From: an uncultured Gammaproteobacteria bacterium
GTDB lineage: Bacteria > Patescibacteriota > Microgenomatia > CAYGWK01
Direction: 5' to 3'
NCBI GenBank assembly: GCA_964353785.1
Contig: CAYGWK010000001.1
Location: 26,982-90,981 of the forward strand
Length of the DNA stretch: 64,000 bases
Shown here: piece by piece, positions 17,963-26,347 of the stretch
Numbering within the stretch: the first letter of the stretch is position 1
How the letters are laid out: each line of letters opens with the position of its first letter
Notes under the pieces: model-generated
What the model was told of the DNA's origin: nothing
Databases searched by the model: none
The model's input: only the letters and a program-made list of their open reading frames with translations
Position numbers and translations under genes: made by a program

Positions 17963-19597
17963 ATGGCTAAACAACTTTTATATTCAGAAGAGGCCAGAGA
18001 AAAACTAAAGAAAGGCATCGATGCTGTTGCCCGAGCCGTGGGAACCACCCTTGGCCCGAAAGGTCGGAATATTGCTTTAGACAAAAAATGGGGTGCTCCC
18101 TCAGTGGTTCATGACGGCGTTTCTGTGGCTAAAGAGATTGAGCTTAAGGACCCATTCGAGAATATGGGAGCTCAATTAATTAGGGAGGCAGCTGATAAAA
18201 CTAATGACGCTACCGGTGATGGGACAACCACAGCTACCATTTTGACCCAGGCAATTGTTAATGAGGGAATCAAAAACATAACCGCTGGCGCCAATCCGAT
18301 GGTTCTTATTAAGGGAATTGAAAAGGCAGCCCAAAAGGTGGTTGAGTCAATTAAGAAACAAGCAAAACCGGTTAAAGGTGGTCAAGACATTACCCAAATA
18401 GCCACCATTTCTGCCGCTTCTCCGGAGATTGGTCAAAAAATTGCCGAGGCTTTGGAAAAGGTTGGCCGAGACGGGGTAGTGACGGTTGAAGAAGGTAAAG
18501 GTTTGACTTTGGAAATTGAATACAAAGAAGGAATGGAGTTTGATAATGGTTACGTCTCTCCCTATTTTGTTACCAACCCCGAGAAAATGGAGGCGGAAAT
18601 TGAAAACCCCTACATTTTAATTACTGATAAAAAGATTTCCGCTTTAGATGAATTTTTGCCTTTTTTGGAGAACTTTGTTAAAACTTCAAAAGACCTGGTG
18701 ATTGTGGCTGATGATTTAGAAGGTGAAGCGCTAGCAACTTTGGTGGTTAACAAACTTCGGGGAACAATAAATCTTTTAGCCGTTAAGGCTCCTGGTTTTG
18801 GGGACAGAAGAAAGGAAATGCTTGAAGATATTGCTATTTTAACTGGGGGAACGGTGATTTCTGAAGATACGGGCAGAAAATTTGAGTCAATTGAGATTTC
18901 TGATTTAGGTCAGGCTGATAAAGTCTGGAGCGATAAAGATAATTGCCGAATAATTGGCGGAAAAGGAAGCGAGTCTGCAATTAAAGGCAGAATTGGTCAG
19001 ATTAAAAAGCAAATTGAGAGCGAGACTTCGGATTTTGATAAAGAAAAACTTCAAGAGAGATTGGCGAAATTATCTGGCGGAGTGGCCCAAATTAATGTTG
19101 GAGCGGCGACCGAAGTTGAATTAAATGAAAAAAAAGAAAGAGTCAAAGATGCGGTTGAGGCAACCAAGGCGGCGATTGAAGAAGGAATTGTTCCTGGCGG
19201 CGGGGTAGTTTTATTTGAGGCGGCCAAAGAATTAGACCCAAAACTTCTAAAAGATGTTCCTGGAGAAGGAGACCAGGCAACTGGAGTTAAGGTTGTCAAA
19301 GAGGCTCTGTGGGCCCCAATTAAAAAATTAGCCGAGAATGCTGGAGTAAATGGTGACGTTGTCATTCAGGAAATTGAGAAAAAAGAAGCTGGCTTTGGTT
19401 TTGATGTTTTGGATGGTCAATATAAAGATATGGTTAAAGCGGGAATTATTGACCCAGCCAAAGTGACTCGAATTGCTCTTCAAAATGCAGTTTCGGTGGC
19501 GATAATGATTTTAACTACAGAGGGGTTGATTACCGATATTCCGGAAAAAGAAAAAGAAACTCCAGGAGCGGCTATGCCACCGGGAGGAGAATACTAG
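17963..19597 (+). CDS. groEL: Chaperonin GroEL
   Basis: '[45 protein letters not shown]', '[14 protein letters not shown]', C-terminal '[10 protein letters not shown]'. Confidence 0.95.
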   Translation: MAKQLLYSEEAREKLKKGIDAVARAVGTTLGPKGRNIALDKKWGAPSVVHDGVSVAKEIELKDPFENMGAQLIREAADKTNDATGDGTTTATILTQAIVNEGIKNITAGANPMVLIKGIEKAAQKVVESIKKQAKPVKGGQDITQIATISAASPEIGQKIAEALEKVGRDGVVTVEEGKGLTLEIEYKEGMEFDNGYVSPYFVTNPEKMEAEIENPYILITDKKISALDEFLPFLENFVKTSKDLVIVADDLEGEALATLVVNKLRGTINLLAVKAPGFGDRRKEMLEDIAILTGGTVISEDTGRKFESIEISDLGQADKVWSDKDNCRIIGGKGSESAIKGRIGQIKKQIESETSDFDKEKLQERLAKLSGGVAQINVGAATEVELNEKKERVKDAVEATKAAIEEGIVPGGGVVLFEAAKELDPKLLKDVPGEGDQATGVKVVKEALWAPIKKLAENAGVNGDVVIQEIEKKEAGFGFDVLDGQYKDMVKAGIIDPAKVTRIALQNAVSVAIMILTTEGLITDIPEKEKETPGAAMPPGGEY

Positions 19598-19602
19598 TTA
19601 CC

Positions 19603-19623
19603 AATTTCTAATTTCTAATTACT
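19603..19623. repeat. Heptamer tandem tract (aatttct/aatttct/aattact), intergenic after groEL
   Basis: Direct reading. Confidence 0.7.
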
Positions 19624-19630
19624 AATGATT

Positions 19631-19652
19631 CCGCCAAAGGGCGGATTTTTTA
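19631..19652 (+). terminator. Intrinsic terminator of groESL (ccgcc-aaag-ggcgg plus T-run)
   Basis: Direct reading. Confidence 0.7.
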
Positions 19653-19687
19653 GTTTTTCTCCTGATGAGATTTGATAAAATTAGTTT

Positions 19688-20254
19688 GTGGAATTTAGAC
19701 AATTTCAAAATAAACTTCGAAAATGCTGGATTTGTAAAGAAGTAGTCGGTCCACCCTTAGTTTGGGGGGATAAAGAAGCAAAGATTGTTCATATTGGTCA
19801 GGCACCTTCAAGGCTAGCAATTACCAGCCAGAAACCTTATTCTGATAAAAGTGGCGAGAGGTTACGGCGTAAATGGTACCAGATTTCTGATAGAGTATTT
19901 TATAATCCAAAGAATTTCTATATTACTGCTATTGCCCACTGTTTTCCGGGAAAAGATAAGAAAGGAGCAGATAAAAAGGCGCCGTTGGTTTGCGCCAAAA
20001 CTTGGCTTTTAAAAGAAATTTCCTTTTTAAAACCAAAACTTTTTCTTATCGTAGGTAAACAAGCAGCTGAATTTTTGTTTCCTGGCAAAAGTTATCAGAA
20101 ATTGATTTTTCAGGACCAAATCTTAAATGGAATCAAATGTTTGGTTTTACCGCATCCTTCACCAGCGAATATTACCTGGTTTAAAGATAATCCTGATTTT
20201 GAGAAAAAGCGATTATCCCAGATTCGAAAAATAATTCATAAGGTTTTATTTTGA
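19688..20254 (+). CDS. Uracil-DNA glycosylase family 4-like protein (non-ATG start)
   Basis: N-terminal 'CWICKEV' Cys pair, 'HIGQAPSRLAITSQKPYSDKSGERLRR' (family-4 GEAPG...G-x-x-L-like), and C-terminal 'LVLPHPSP' (HPSP motif). Confidence 0.55.
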   Translation: MEFRQFQNKLRKCWICKEVVGPPLVWGDKEAKIVHIGQAPSRLAITSQKPYSDKSGERLRRKWYQISDRVFYNPKNFYITAIAHCFPGKDKKGADKKAPLVCAKTWLLKEISFLKPKLFLIVGKQAAEFLFPGKSYQKLIFQDQILNGIKCLVLPHPSPANITWFKDNPDFEKKRLSQIRKIIHKVLF

Positions 20255-20279
20255 TTTTATGATATAATTCCCCCAACTG
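20255..20279 (+). promoter_or_regulatory. Promoter module copy 1 (TTTTATGATATAATTCCCCCAACTG; extended -10 TGaTATAAT) upstream of the PHP gene; followed by the hairpin ctgcc-ccaaa-ggcag
   Basis: Identical 25-mer also found at 21071 and 21845. Confidence 0.55.
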
Positions 20280-20297
20280 CCCCAAAGGCAGGTTTTT

Positions 20298-21059
20298 ATG
20301 AGAGAAAGAATAAAAATTGATTGCCATGTTCACTCTCGGTTTTCGGTAAAAGATTCTGTTGCTCCAGTTTGGCAGATTGAGGAGGAGAGACAAAGAAAGG
20401 CTTTAGATTGTGTAGCGGTAGTTGACCACGACACTATTGCTGAAACAGCACGAGATCTTAAAGAAACTTCTGGATTTCCCTTTATTTTAGGTGAAGAAAT
20501 ATTGACTTCAGATAAAAACAGCCGTGGTAAAAGAATTGAGATTATTGGGTTATTTCTCCAAGAGCCGATTGAGGCAGGCAAGACAATAGAAGAAACTATT
20601 TATCGAATTGATGCCCAAAAGGGAATTGTGGTTATTCCTCATCCTTTTGAAGAGTGGAGACATGGTGCCGGTGGGCCAGTCAGCCGAGTAATTATCACCA
20701 AATGTCAAGAAGATAGAATTCCAGTGGCAGTTGAAGTTTTTAACGCCCGAGCCGGGAAGAATGATAACTTTTTAGCAGAAGTCCTTTGGCTAGAATTTAA
20801 GACTAATGGTGTTTTAGCTACTGCCGGGAGCGATGCCCATAGAATTCCAGAAATAGGACGGGGATGTGTAGAAATACCACCATTCCAAACAAAAGAAGAA
20901 TTCTTAGAAGCCTTAACGCAAGCAAGAATTCATGGAGAAATCAATTCTCTCGGAACAGTCTATCATCGCTTAATGAATAGAATAGAAGTTGCCATAGGTT
21001 CTTCTTTTCAAGACTTAGGGAAACTAGTCCTGGAACAAGTAAGTAACGGTAGCCGCTAA
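20298..21059 (+). CDS. PHP-domain metal-dependent phosphoesterase
   Basis: 'IDCHVHSRFSVKDS' (PHP HxH motif), 'VVDHDT', 'IPHPFEE', 'GSDAHR'. Confidence 0.65.
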   Translation: MRERIKIDCHVHSRFSVKDSVAPVWQIEEERQRKALDCVAVVDHDTIAETARDLKETSGFPFILGEEILTSDKNSRGKRIEIIGLFLQEPIEAGKTIEETIYRIDAQKGIVVIPHPFEEWRHGAGGPVSRVIITKCQEDRIPVAVEVFNARAGKNDNFLAEVLWLEFKTNGVLATAGSDAHRIPEIGRGCVEIPPFQTKEEFLEALTQARIHGEINSLGTVYHRLMNRIEVAIGSSFQDLGKLVLEQVSNGSR

Positions 21060-21070
21060 ATATTTATCCT

Positions 21071-21095
21071 TTTTATGATATAATTCCCCCAACTG
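21071..21095 (+). promoter_or_regulatory. Promoter module copy 2 upstream of the LuxR-HTH gene; hairpin ctgtcccaaaggcag follows
   Basis: Identical 25-mer. Confidence 0.55.
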
Positions 21096-21116
21096 TCCCA
21101 AAGGCAGTTTTATTTT

Positions 21117-21857
21117 ATGGTAGTTGCTCAAGAATTAGATAACCGGCAAATTGAGACTTTGGGAGGTCCGGTAGGCTTAAGTCCAAAATTAATTGAAATT
21201 ATTCCATTCTTGGGGAGGGAGCTTACCCCCCGAGAAATTGGAGAAATTTTGGATTATCCAAAGAGTACAGTTAAAGGTAGACTGCATTGTCTTTACTTAA
21301 AATTTGGAATTACTAGGCCCGACCAAAAATCAAAACTTCTAGATACCATTAGACAAAGAGGATACTTTCAAGAAGAAAAACCTTCCAGACGAATTGAAAT
21401 TTTAAGATTATTAGGACATGGTTTGACAGATAAAAAAATTGCAGAGAATCTGAGAATTAGCCCCGAAACCGTTAAAAACCACCTTGCTACAATATTTCAA
21501 TCTTTTGAGGCACAAGATAGAACCCAAGCAGTTTTAAAAGCAATCGATCTTGGAATTTTAACATTAGAAGAGTTAATCGCCGGTTATGACTTAGATCGCT
21601 ACTTTTTGCTTTCTTTCCGAGAAGAAGATGTCCTTGCTGACATCGCAAATCCTGAAAATACCCCAGGAAATAAGGGAATTGCCAGACGTTTAGGTATTTC
21701 CTTCAAGACAGTTAAAAATCATATTGCTAATATTTTGGGCAAGCTAAATTTGTCAAACCGTACTCAGGCAGCAGTATTTTACTTGGTAGCAAAAGAAAAA
21801 GGTTTAGTTACTTCTTCGGTAAAACCTCAAGGGGGGAGTTCCGCTTTTATGATATAA
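21117..21857 (+). CDS. LuxR/GerE-family DNA-binding protein with three tandem HTH modules and no receiver domain
   Basis: Three GerE-type HTH segments: 'LTPREIGEILDYPKSTVKGRLHCLYLKFGI', 'LTDKKIAENLRISPETVKNHLATIFQSF', 'GIARRLGISFKTVKNHIANILGKLNLSNRTQAA'. Confidence 0.55.
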   Translation: MVVAQELDNRQIETLGGPVGLSPKLIEIIPFLGRELTPREIGEILDYPKSTVKGRLHCLYLKFGITRPDQKSKLLDTIRQRGYFQEEKPSRRIEILRLLGHGLTDKKIAENLRISPETVKNHLATIFQSFEAQDRTQAVLKAIDLGILTLEELIAGYDLDRYFLLSFREEDVLADIANPENTPGNKGIARRLGISFKTVKNHIANILGKLNLSNRTQAAVFYLVAKEKGLVTSSVKPQGGSSAFMI

Positions 21858-21869
21858 TTCCCCCAACTG
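21845..21869 (+). promoter_or_regulatory. Promoter module copy 3, overlapping the last codons of the LuxR gene, upstream of the receiver gene
   Basis: Identical 25-mer. Confidence 0.55.
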
Positions 21870-21886
21870 TTTACCTTGAACCGATT

Positions 21887-22249
21887 ATGTCACCAGAGAG
21901 AGCACGAATTTTTATTGCTGAAGACGAAGAAGAAGTGATAAAGATTATTGAGAGGGTGTTAATACCCGAAGGACATCAAGTTTTAATTAGAGCGACATCA
22001 TTTGAGAGCGCGATAAACGTGATTGAAGAAGCCAAGGAAAAAGGAATTAATGTTGCCTTAATTGATGGGTCTTTGTCTGGAGGACAACCAGATTATACCC
22101 ATGGTTTAAGAATTTCCCAGGCCCTTAAAGCGGCAATTCCTGGAATTAAAATTATTTCCATCTCCGGCCGAGAGGTGAATTGGGCCGATGCCAGTTGCTA
22201 CAAACCTTTTCGTCTTAATGAATTAAAAGAGAAGGTTCGAGGAATTTAA
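21887..22249 (+). CDS. Stand-alone response-regulator receiver (CheY-like) domain protein
   Basis: 'RIFIAEDEEEV' acidic pocket, 'VALIDGSL' phospho-acceptor Asp, 'KPF' near the C-terminus; 120 aa. Confidence 0.6.
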   Translation: MSPERARIFIAEDEEEVIKIIERVLIPEGHQVLIRATSFESAINVIEEAKEKGINVALIDGSLSGGQPDYTHGLRISQALKAAIPGIKIISISGREVNWADASCYKPFRLNELKEKVRGI

Positions 22250-22251
22250 TT

Positions 22252-22959
22252 TTACTTAACTGGTAAAATTGTTAATGGATTAATATGGCGGTCGTTGTCT
22301 AAAACTTCTAAGTGTAAATGGTCGCCAAAAGCCATGCCGCTGGTACCAACTCTTCCAATAACTTGGTCAATTTTAACTTCATCACCAGCAGAAACCTCAA
22401 TTCTTGAGAGGTGGGCGTAGACGGATTTTAGACCCGAACCATGATTTATAATAATATGGTTTCCTAAAGCAAAACGGTCAAAAATAACCGCCTCAACCTT
22501 CCCTTCGGTAATTGGATAAACAGGGTCGCCAGTTAAACCATCAAAATCTAAGGCCGGATGGAAAAGGTGAAAACCTTGGGTAATTTTTACCTCCTCAAGA
22601 GGAAAACGAAAACCAGCTTTAGTGGTCAGCTCGACCACTCCTGGAGAAAGAGCAGTGACTTCGGTTTCGGAAATGGTTGAAAGAGCGGAAACTTGGGGCG
22701 AAAAAATTGAGGCCGTTAAAACCAAAAGAGCCAAATTTCCCCCCAAAATAGTTTTAATTTTTCTTTTTTCAAAAAGATAGCGGAAGACCCGAGAGAATCG
22801 GGAACCAGAACGGGCGCTTTTTAGAGTCTCCAAAAGCCCTTTTTCCCCACGAAAATTTCTCCGCTTGGTCAGGGTGATTTTTAAGCGGCGGGAAGGAAAA
22901 TTTAAAGAAAAAGATAACATAACAATAAAAAAATCTCTGTTTTGGACAGAGACAGACAA
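22252..22959 (-). CDS. M23 (LytM) family metallopeptidase
   Basis: 'HPALDFDG', 'NHIIINHGSGLKSVYAHLS', 'GTSGMAFGDHLHLEV'; the M23 HxxxD and HxH motifs. Confidence 0.7.
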   Translation of the reverse strand: MSVSVQNRDFFIVMLSFSLNFPSRRLKITLTKRRNFRGEKGLLETLKSARSGSRFSRVFRYLFEKRKIKTILGGNLALLVLTASIFSPQVSALSTISETEVTALSPGVVELTTKAGFRFPLEEVKITQGFHLFHPALDFDGLTGDPVYPITEGKVEAVIFDRFALGNHIIINHGSGLKSVYAHLSRIEVSAGDEVKIDQVIGRVGTSGMAFGDHLHLEVLDNDRHINPLTILPVK

Positions 22960-23076
22960 AAAAATTCTCCGAGTTTCCTTGGAGAATTAAAACGAATTAT
23001 ATCAGAAAAAAAGGCTTTTGTCAAGTTTTGAGAAAGAGGTTGATTTTTCCCGAGCCTCCTGGTAGAATACTCTTGC

Positions 23077-23151
23077 GACCTGGTGGCTGAGTGGCTCAAG
23101 CATCGGTCTGCAAAACCGATTACGGGGGTTCAATTCCCCCCCAGGTCTCCA
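23077..23151 (+). tRNA. tRNA-Cys (anticodon GCA), with the CCA end encoded
   Basis: Hand fold: acceptor stem GACCTGG/CCAGGTC, T-arm GGGGG-TTCAATT-CCCCC, anticodon loop CTGCAAA, discriminator T, CCA. Confidence 0.75.
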
Positions 23152-24026
23152 TGAAACAATATATTCTACCCGGAATTGTTGGTATTTTAATTCTTCTGGT
23201 GATTGGGGCAATTATTAAAGGAGTTTTCTTTAAGCCTGCTAACGCCGCCTTAAAAATAGACTCTATCCCCCAAGCAACGATTTTTTTGGACGGAAAAAAT
23301 CTGGGCAAAACCCCATATGAAGAAGAAAAACTTTCTCCAGGAGAAAAAACCTTAAAACTTGTGCCCGAAGGAGGAACTTTTTATCCCTGGGAGGTAAAAA
23401 TAAAACTTACCAGTATGGCCATGACCGTGGTTAAAAGAGAATTTGGGGAAACTGAAGGAAAATCAAGCGGGGAGACAATCACCTTAGAAAAAATTGCTGA
23501 TAAAAAAACCTCCTCGCTTTCAGTCATTTCTATTCCTGATTCAAGCATGGTTAAAGTAAATGGCGAAGACCGCGGTTTTACTCCAGTTTCTTTGGATAAA
23601 CTTTCCGAGGGTGAAATCTCAATTTCTCTCTCTGCTTCTGGTTTTAAGGAAAAAACAGTTAGAACTAAACTTACCCTTGGTTTTAAGACCAATGTTTCTC
23701 TCAAGTTAGCCGAAAGTGAAGAAGGAGAAGAACTGACTGGCACCCCAACCCCAACCGGAACAGTGACCCCAACCCCAAAGCTTACTCCAAAACCAACTGG
23801 TCCAACTGCCACCCCACCACCAAGACCCTATATTGAAATTAAAGAAACTCCAACTGGCTGGCTAAGAGTCCGACTTGAACCCTCAACCACGGCCACTGAA
23901 GCAGCCAAGGTTTATCCTGGAGAAATGTATTCTCTTTTGGATGAGGAGTCTGGTTGGTATAAAATTGAGTATCAGAAAGGAAAAGATGGTTGGGTTTCGG
24001 GTCAGTATGCGGAGAAGTATAAATAA
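23151..24026 (+). CDS. Membrane-anchored PEGA-domain plus bacterial SH3 (SH3b) domain protein with a TPTPTG linker
   Basis: The ATG begins on the final A of the tRNA CCA; TM 'ILPGIVGILILLVIGAII'; two PEGA-like units; C-terminal 'GWLRVRLEPST...GEMYSLLDEESGWYKIEY...GWVSGQY' is SH3b-like. Confidence 0.5.
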   Translation: MKQYILPGIVGILILLVIGAIIKGVFFKPANAALKIDSIPQATIFLDGKNLGKTPYEEEKLSPGEKTLKLVPEGGTFYPWEVKIKLTSMAMTVVKREFGETEGKSSGETITLEKIADKKTSSLSVISIPDSSMVKVNGEDRGFTPVSLDKLSEGEISISLSASGFKEKTVRTKLTLGFKTNVSLKLAESEEGEELTGTPTPTGTVTPTPKLTPKPTGPTATPPPRPYIEIKETPTGWLRVRLEPSTTATEAAKVYPGEMYSLLDEESGWYKIEYQKGKDGWVSGQYAEKYK

Positions 24027-24029
24027 TTG

Positions 24030-24958
24030 TTAAGGGCTTAAGCCATAAAGAATTAAAACTACTAGAATTCCCCAAATTATAACCGCAGACAAAAGAGGTC
24101 TGTCAGAAAGAAGAACTCTTTCCGGTGCTTCCGCCCTTTCTCCCTCATAAATAATTTTCAAATATCTCATTACTCCATAGATAACAATTGGAATGGTTAC
24201 CATGAGCCACTTGCCAATTCCGGCAAAAGTGAGGGGAAAATAGGCCAAAATTGGAAGAGGATGAATAGAAAGAGGGGGTTCAAAAAAGGTAAAAAGAGCC
24301 CAGGAAAGCCAGGTTGAGGAGGCAAAAATAGACAAATAATCATCAAGCAAAGCGGGAGAATAAAGAGCTAGGGTTTTTCGGTGAGAAGAGGCAGTCTCGG
24401 CAAGAATCGCCATTTCTGCTCTTCTTTTACCAACTGCCAAAAAAAGGGCCAGAGAAATAACGCAAAGCAAAAACCAAACCGAAAGATGAACCCCAATAAC
24501 GACCGCTCCGGCATAAACCCTAAGAATAAAAGACCCAGCAATCAGCAAAACATCTAAAATAACCACATTTTTAAGAAAAAAGGAATAGATTATCTGAAGG
24601 GCGAGGTAGGAAACTAAAACTAGGAAAAAGAAAAATGAGAAAAAAATTCCCAAATAAAGACTTAAGAAAATTCCCAAAATAGAAATGAAAAAAGCCAAGG
24701 GAATTGGAAGGCTGCCTTTGGCAATTGGCCGGAAGCGCTTGAACGGATGGAGGCGGTCTTGGCTAAGATCGGCAATGTCATTTAAAAGATAGCAAGAAGA
24801 GGTAAGGATAGTGAAGACAATGGTGGCAAAAAAGACAGTTTGAAATTTCTCAAAGTCAAAAAGGTTTCCCGAGAAAACTAAAGCGGCAAAAAGAGAGAGA
24901 TTTTTTAGCCACTGTCTTGGTCTTGTCGATCGTGCCAGGTTTTCAAGTAAGTTAGCCA
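24030..24958 (-). CDS. UbiA-family prenyltransferase (decaprenyl-phosphate phosphoribosyltransferase-like); GTG start proposed
   Basis: 'RPRQWLKN', 'LLNDIADLSQDRLHPFKRFRPIAKG' (the UbiA NDxxDxxxD motif); the longer ORF-track start would overlap the upstream gene by 160 nt. Confidence 0.55.
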
Positions 24959-26005
24959 CAAAAGTAAACCTCCAATTAAAACTCCAACCATGACTATTGT
25001 ATAAAATTTTTGTTTTGAGTTCAAATTCAAGGCAAGAATTCCTAAAATTGCGGTTACCAACCAATAGAAAGCGGCTACCTTTCGTTTACTTAAGCCCAAA
25101 TCTAAAAGCCGGTGGTGAAGATGACCTCGGTCTCCCCAAAAGGGAGATTGGCCTTGGGCAAGTCGGCGGATAATGGTATATAAGCCGTCGGTTAGAGGAA
25201 GACCTAAAACTAAAATGGCGGTGGCAACCTTAGCCCCAGAAAGAATCGAAAGAGTCGCCAATAAAAATCCAGCCAGAGTCGCTCCTCCATAGCCAGGCAT
25301 AATTTTTTGGGGAAAGAGATGAAATGGCAAAAATCCTAAGTATGCTCCGGCGGTTGTGGCCGCTAAAATGGCCACATTCCACTGGGTAATATCTTCGGTA
25401 AAGCGAAAAGACAAGAGAGCGATGGTTATGGCGGCAATCGGCACCATCCCCGAAAGTTGACCATCTAAACCCGATGACCAGTTGACCATATTCATACACC
25501 AAACAATCCAAAAAAGAGCAAAAAGACAAGATAAAACCCAAATACTTCTTAACTCTCCAAAAAGTTCAAAATAAATTCGCGGTTGAGAAAGATCAATTAT
25601 GCCACCAAAAGGGTTGGTGATAAAGGCGATGCCAATTCCGGCGCCGACTACAAGGGCAGCAGATAAAAATCCAGTAAAAAGCCGCAAAATTGGGTGGAGG
25701 TCGTATTTATCATCCAATGTTCCAATGATAACCGCTAAAGTTGCCCCAGATAAGATTCCCACCAGGTGTTTATCAAGTTTTAAGAAAAGAAGCGAGGTTA
25801 AAAGAAGGGCGACTAGAATCGGTATTCCTCCGCCCCGGGGAACAGGATAGGTGTGAATAATTTTCGGATGCTTTCTTTTTTGGGGATATTCAACCAGTCC
25901 TGTCTTCCAGGCAGCCTTGATAACTAAAGGCGTAGAAAGAAAGGAAATTAAAAATGAGACAATCAAGGGCAAAAAGAAAATTTGCCAAATAAGCAAAAAG
26001 TTCAT
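24905..26005 (-). CDS. Polyprenyl-phosphate sugar-1-phosphate transferase (MraY/WecA/TagO family)
   Basis: 'IGTLDDKYDL', 'NMVNWSSGLDGQLSG', and 10-11 TM segments; its length fits WecA-like rather than MraY. Confidence 0.7.
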   Translation of the reverse strand: MNFLLIWQIFFLPLIVSFLISFLSTPLVIKAAWKTGLVEYPQKRKHPKIIHTYPVPRGGGIPILVALLLTSLLFLKLDKHLVGILSGATLAVIIGTLDDKYDLHPILRLFTGFLSAALVVGAGIGIAFITNPFGGIIDLSQPRIYFELFGELRSIWVLSCLFALFWIVWCMNMVNWSSGLDGQLSGMVPIAAITIALLSFRFTEDITQWNVAILAATTAGAYLGFLPFHLFPQKIMPGYGGATLAGFLLATLSILSGAKVATAILVLGLPLTDGLYTIIRRLAQGQSPFWGDRGHLHHRLLDLGLSKRKVAAFYWLVTAILGILALNLNSKQKFYTIVMVGVLIGGLLLWLTYLKTWHDRQDQDSG

Positions 26006-26006
26006 C

Positions 26007-26336
26007 TTAGATTGCTAAAGTTATGATTTTTAAAAGGGTCAAAAAAGAAAGAAAAGAAAAAAGAACTATCCCTGTATTGATTATTCTCAAAAGAAGACTC
26101 TCAAGACTGTAGAATTTGCCAATCAGGGTAGCGCCAAGGTAAAAGAGAAAGGAGGTTCCGGGCAAAATTAAAAGCTCAAGAGGTTTTCCTAATTGTTCTT
26201 CGCCCCAAGGACGGGAATAAAAAAAAGGAACTTGAGGGGGAAGTTTTCCCCAAAAGAGAATTAAAAGGAAGAAAGAGGTGATAATAAAAAAAAGAGTGGT
26301 TGTCTTTCCAAAACGAGTAAGTTTATCCTGCTCCAT
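26007..26336 (-). CDS. Hypothetical small membrane protein
   Basis: 3 TM segments; no recognisable motif. Confidence 0.3.
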   Translation of the reverse strand: MEQDKLTRFGKTTTLFFIITSFFLLILFWGKLPPQVPFFYSRPWGEEQLGKPLELLILPGTSFLFYLGATLIGKFYSLESLLLRIINTGIVLFSFLSFLTLLKIITLAI

Positions 26337-26347
26337 ACCTTGTTAAA

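Noticed and set aside
22960-23076. Additional tRNA or other RNA gene upstream of tRNA-Cys
   Set aside because: No cloverleaf could be folded; the region is AT-rich promoter-like sequence
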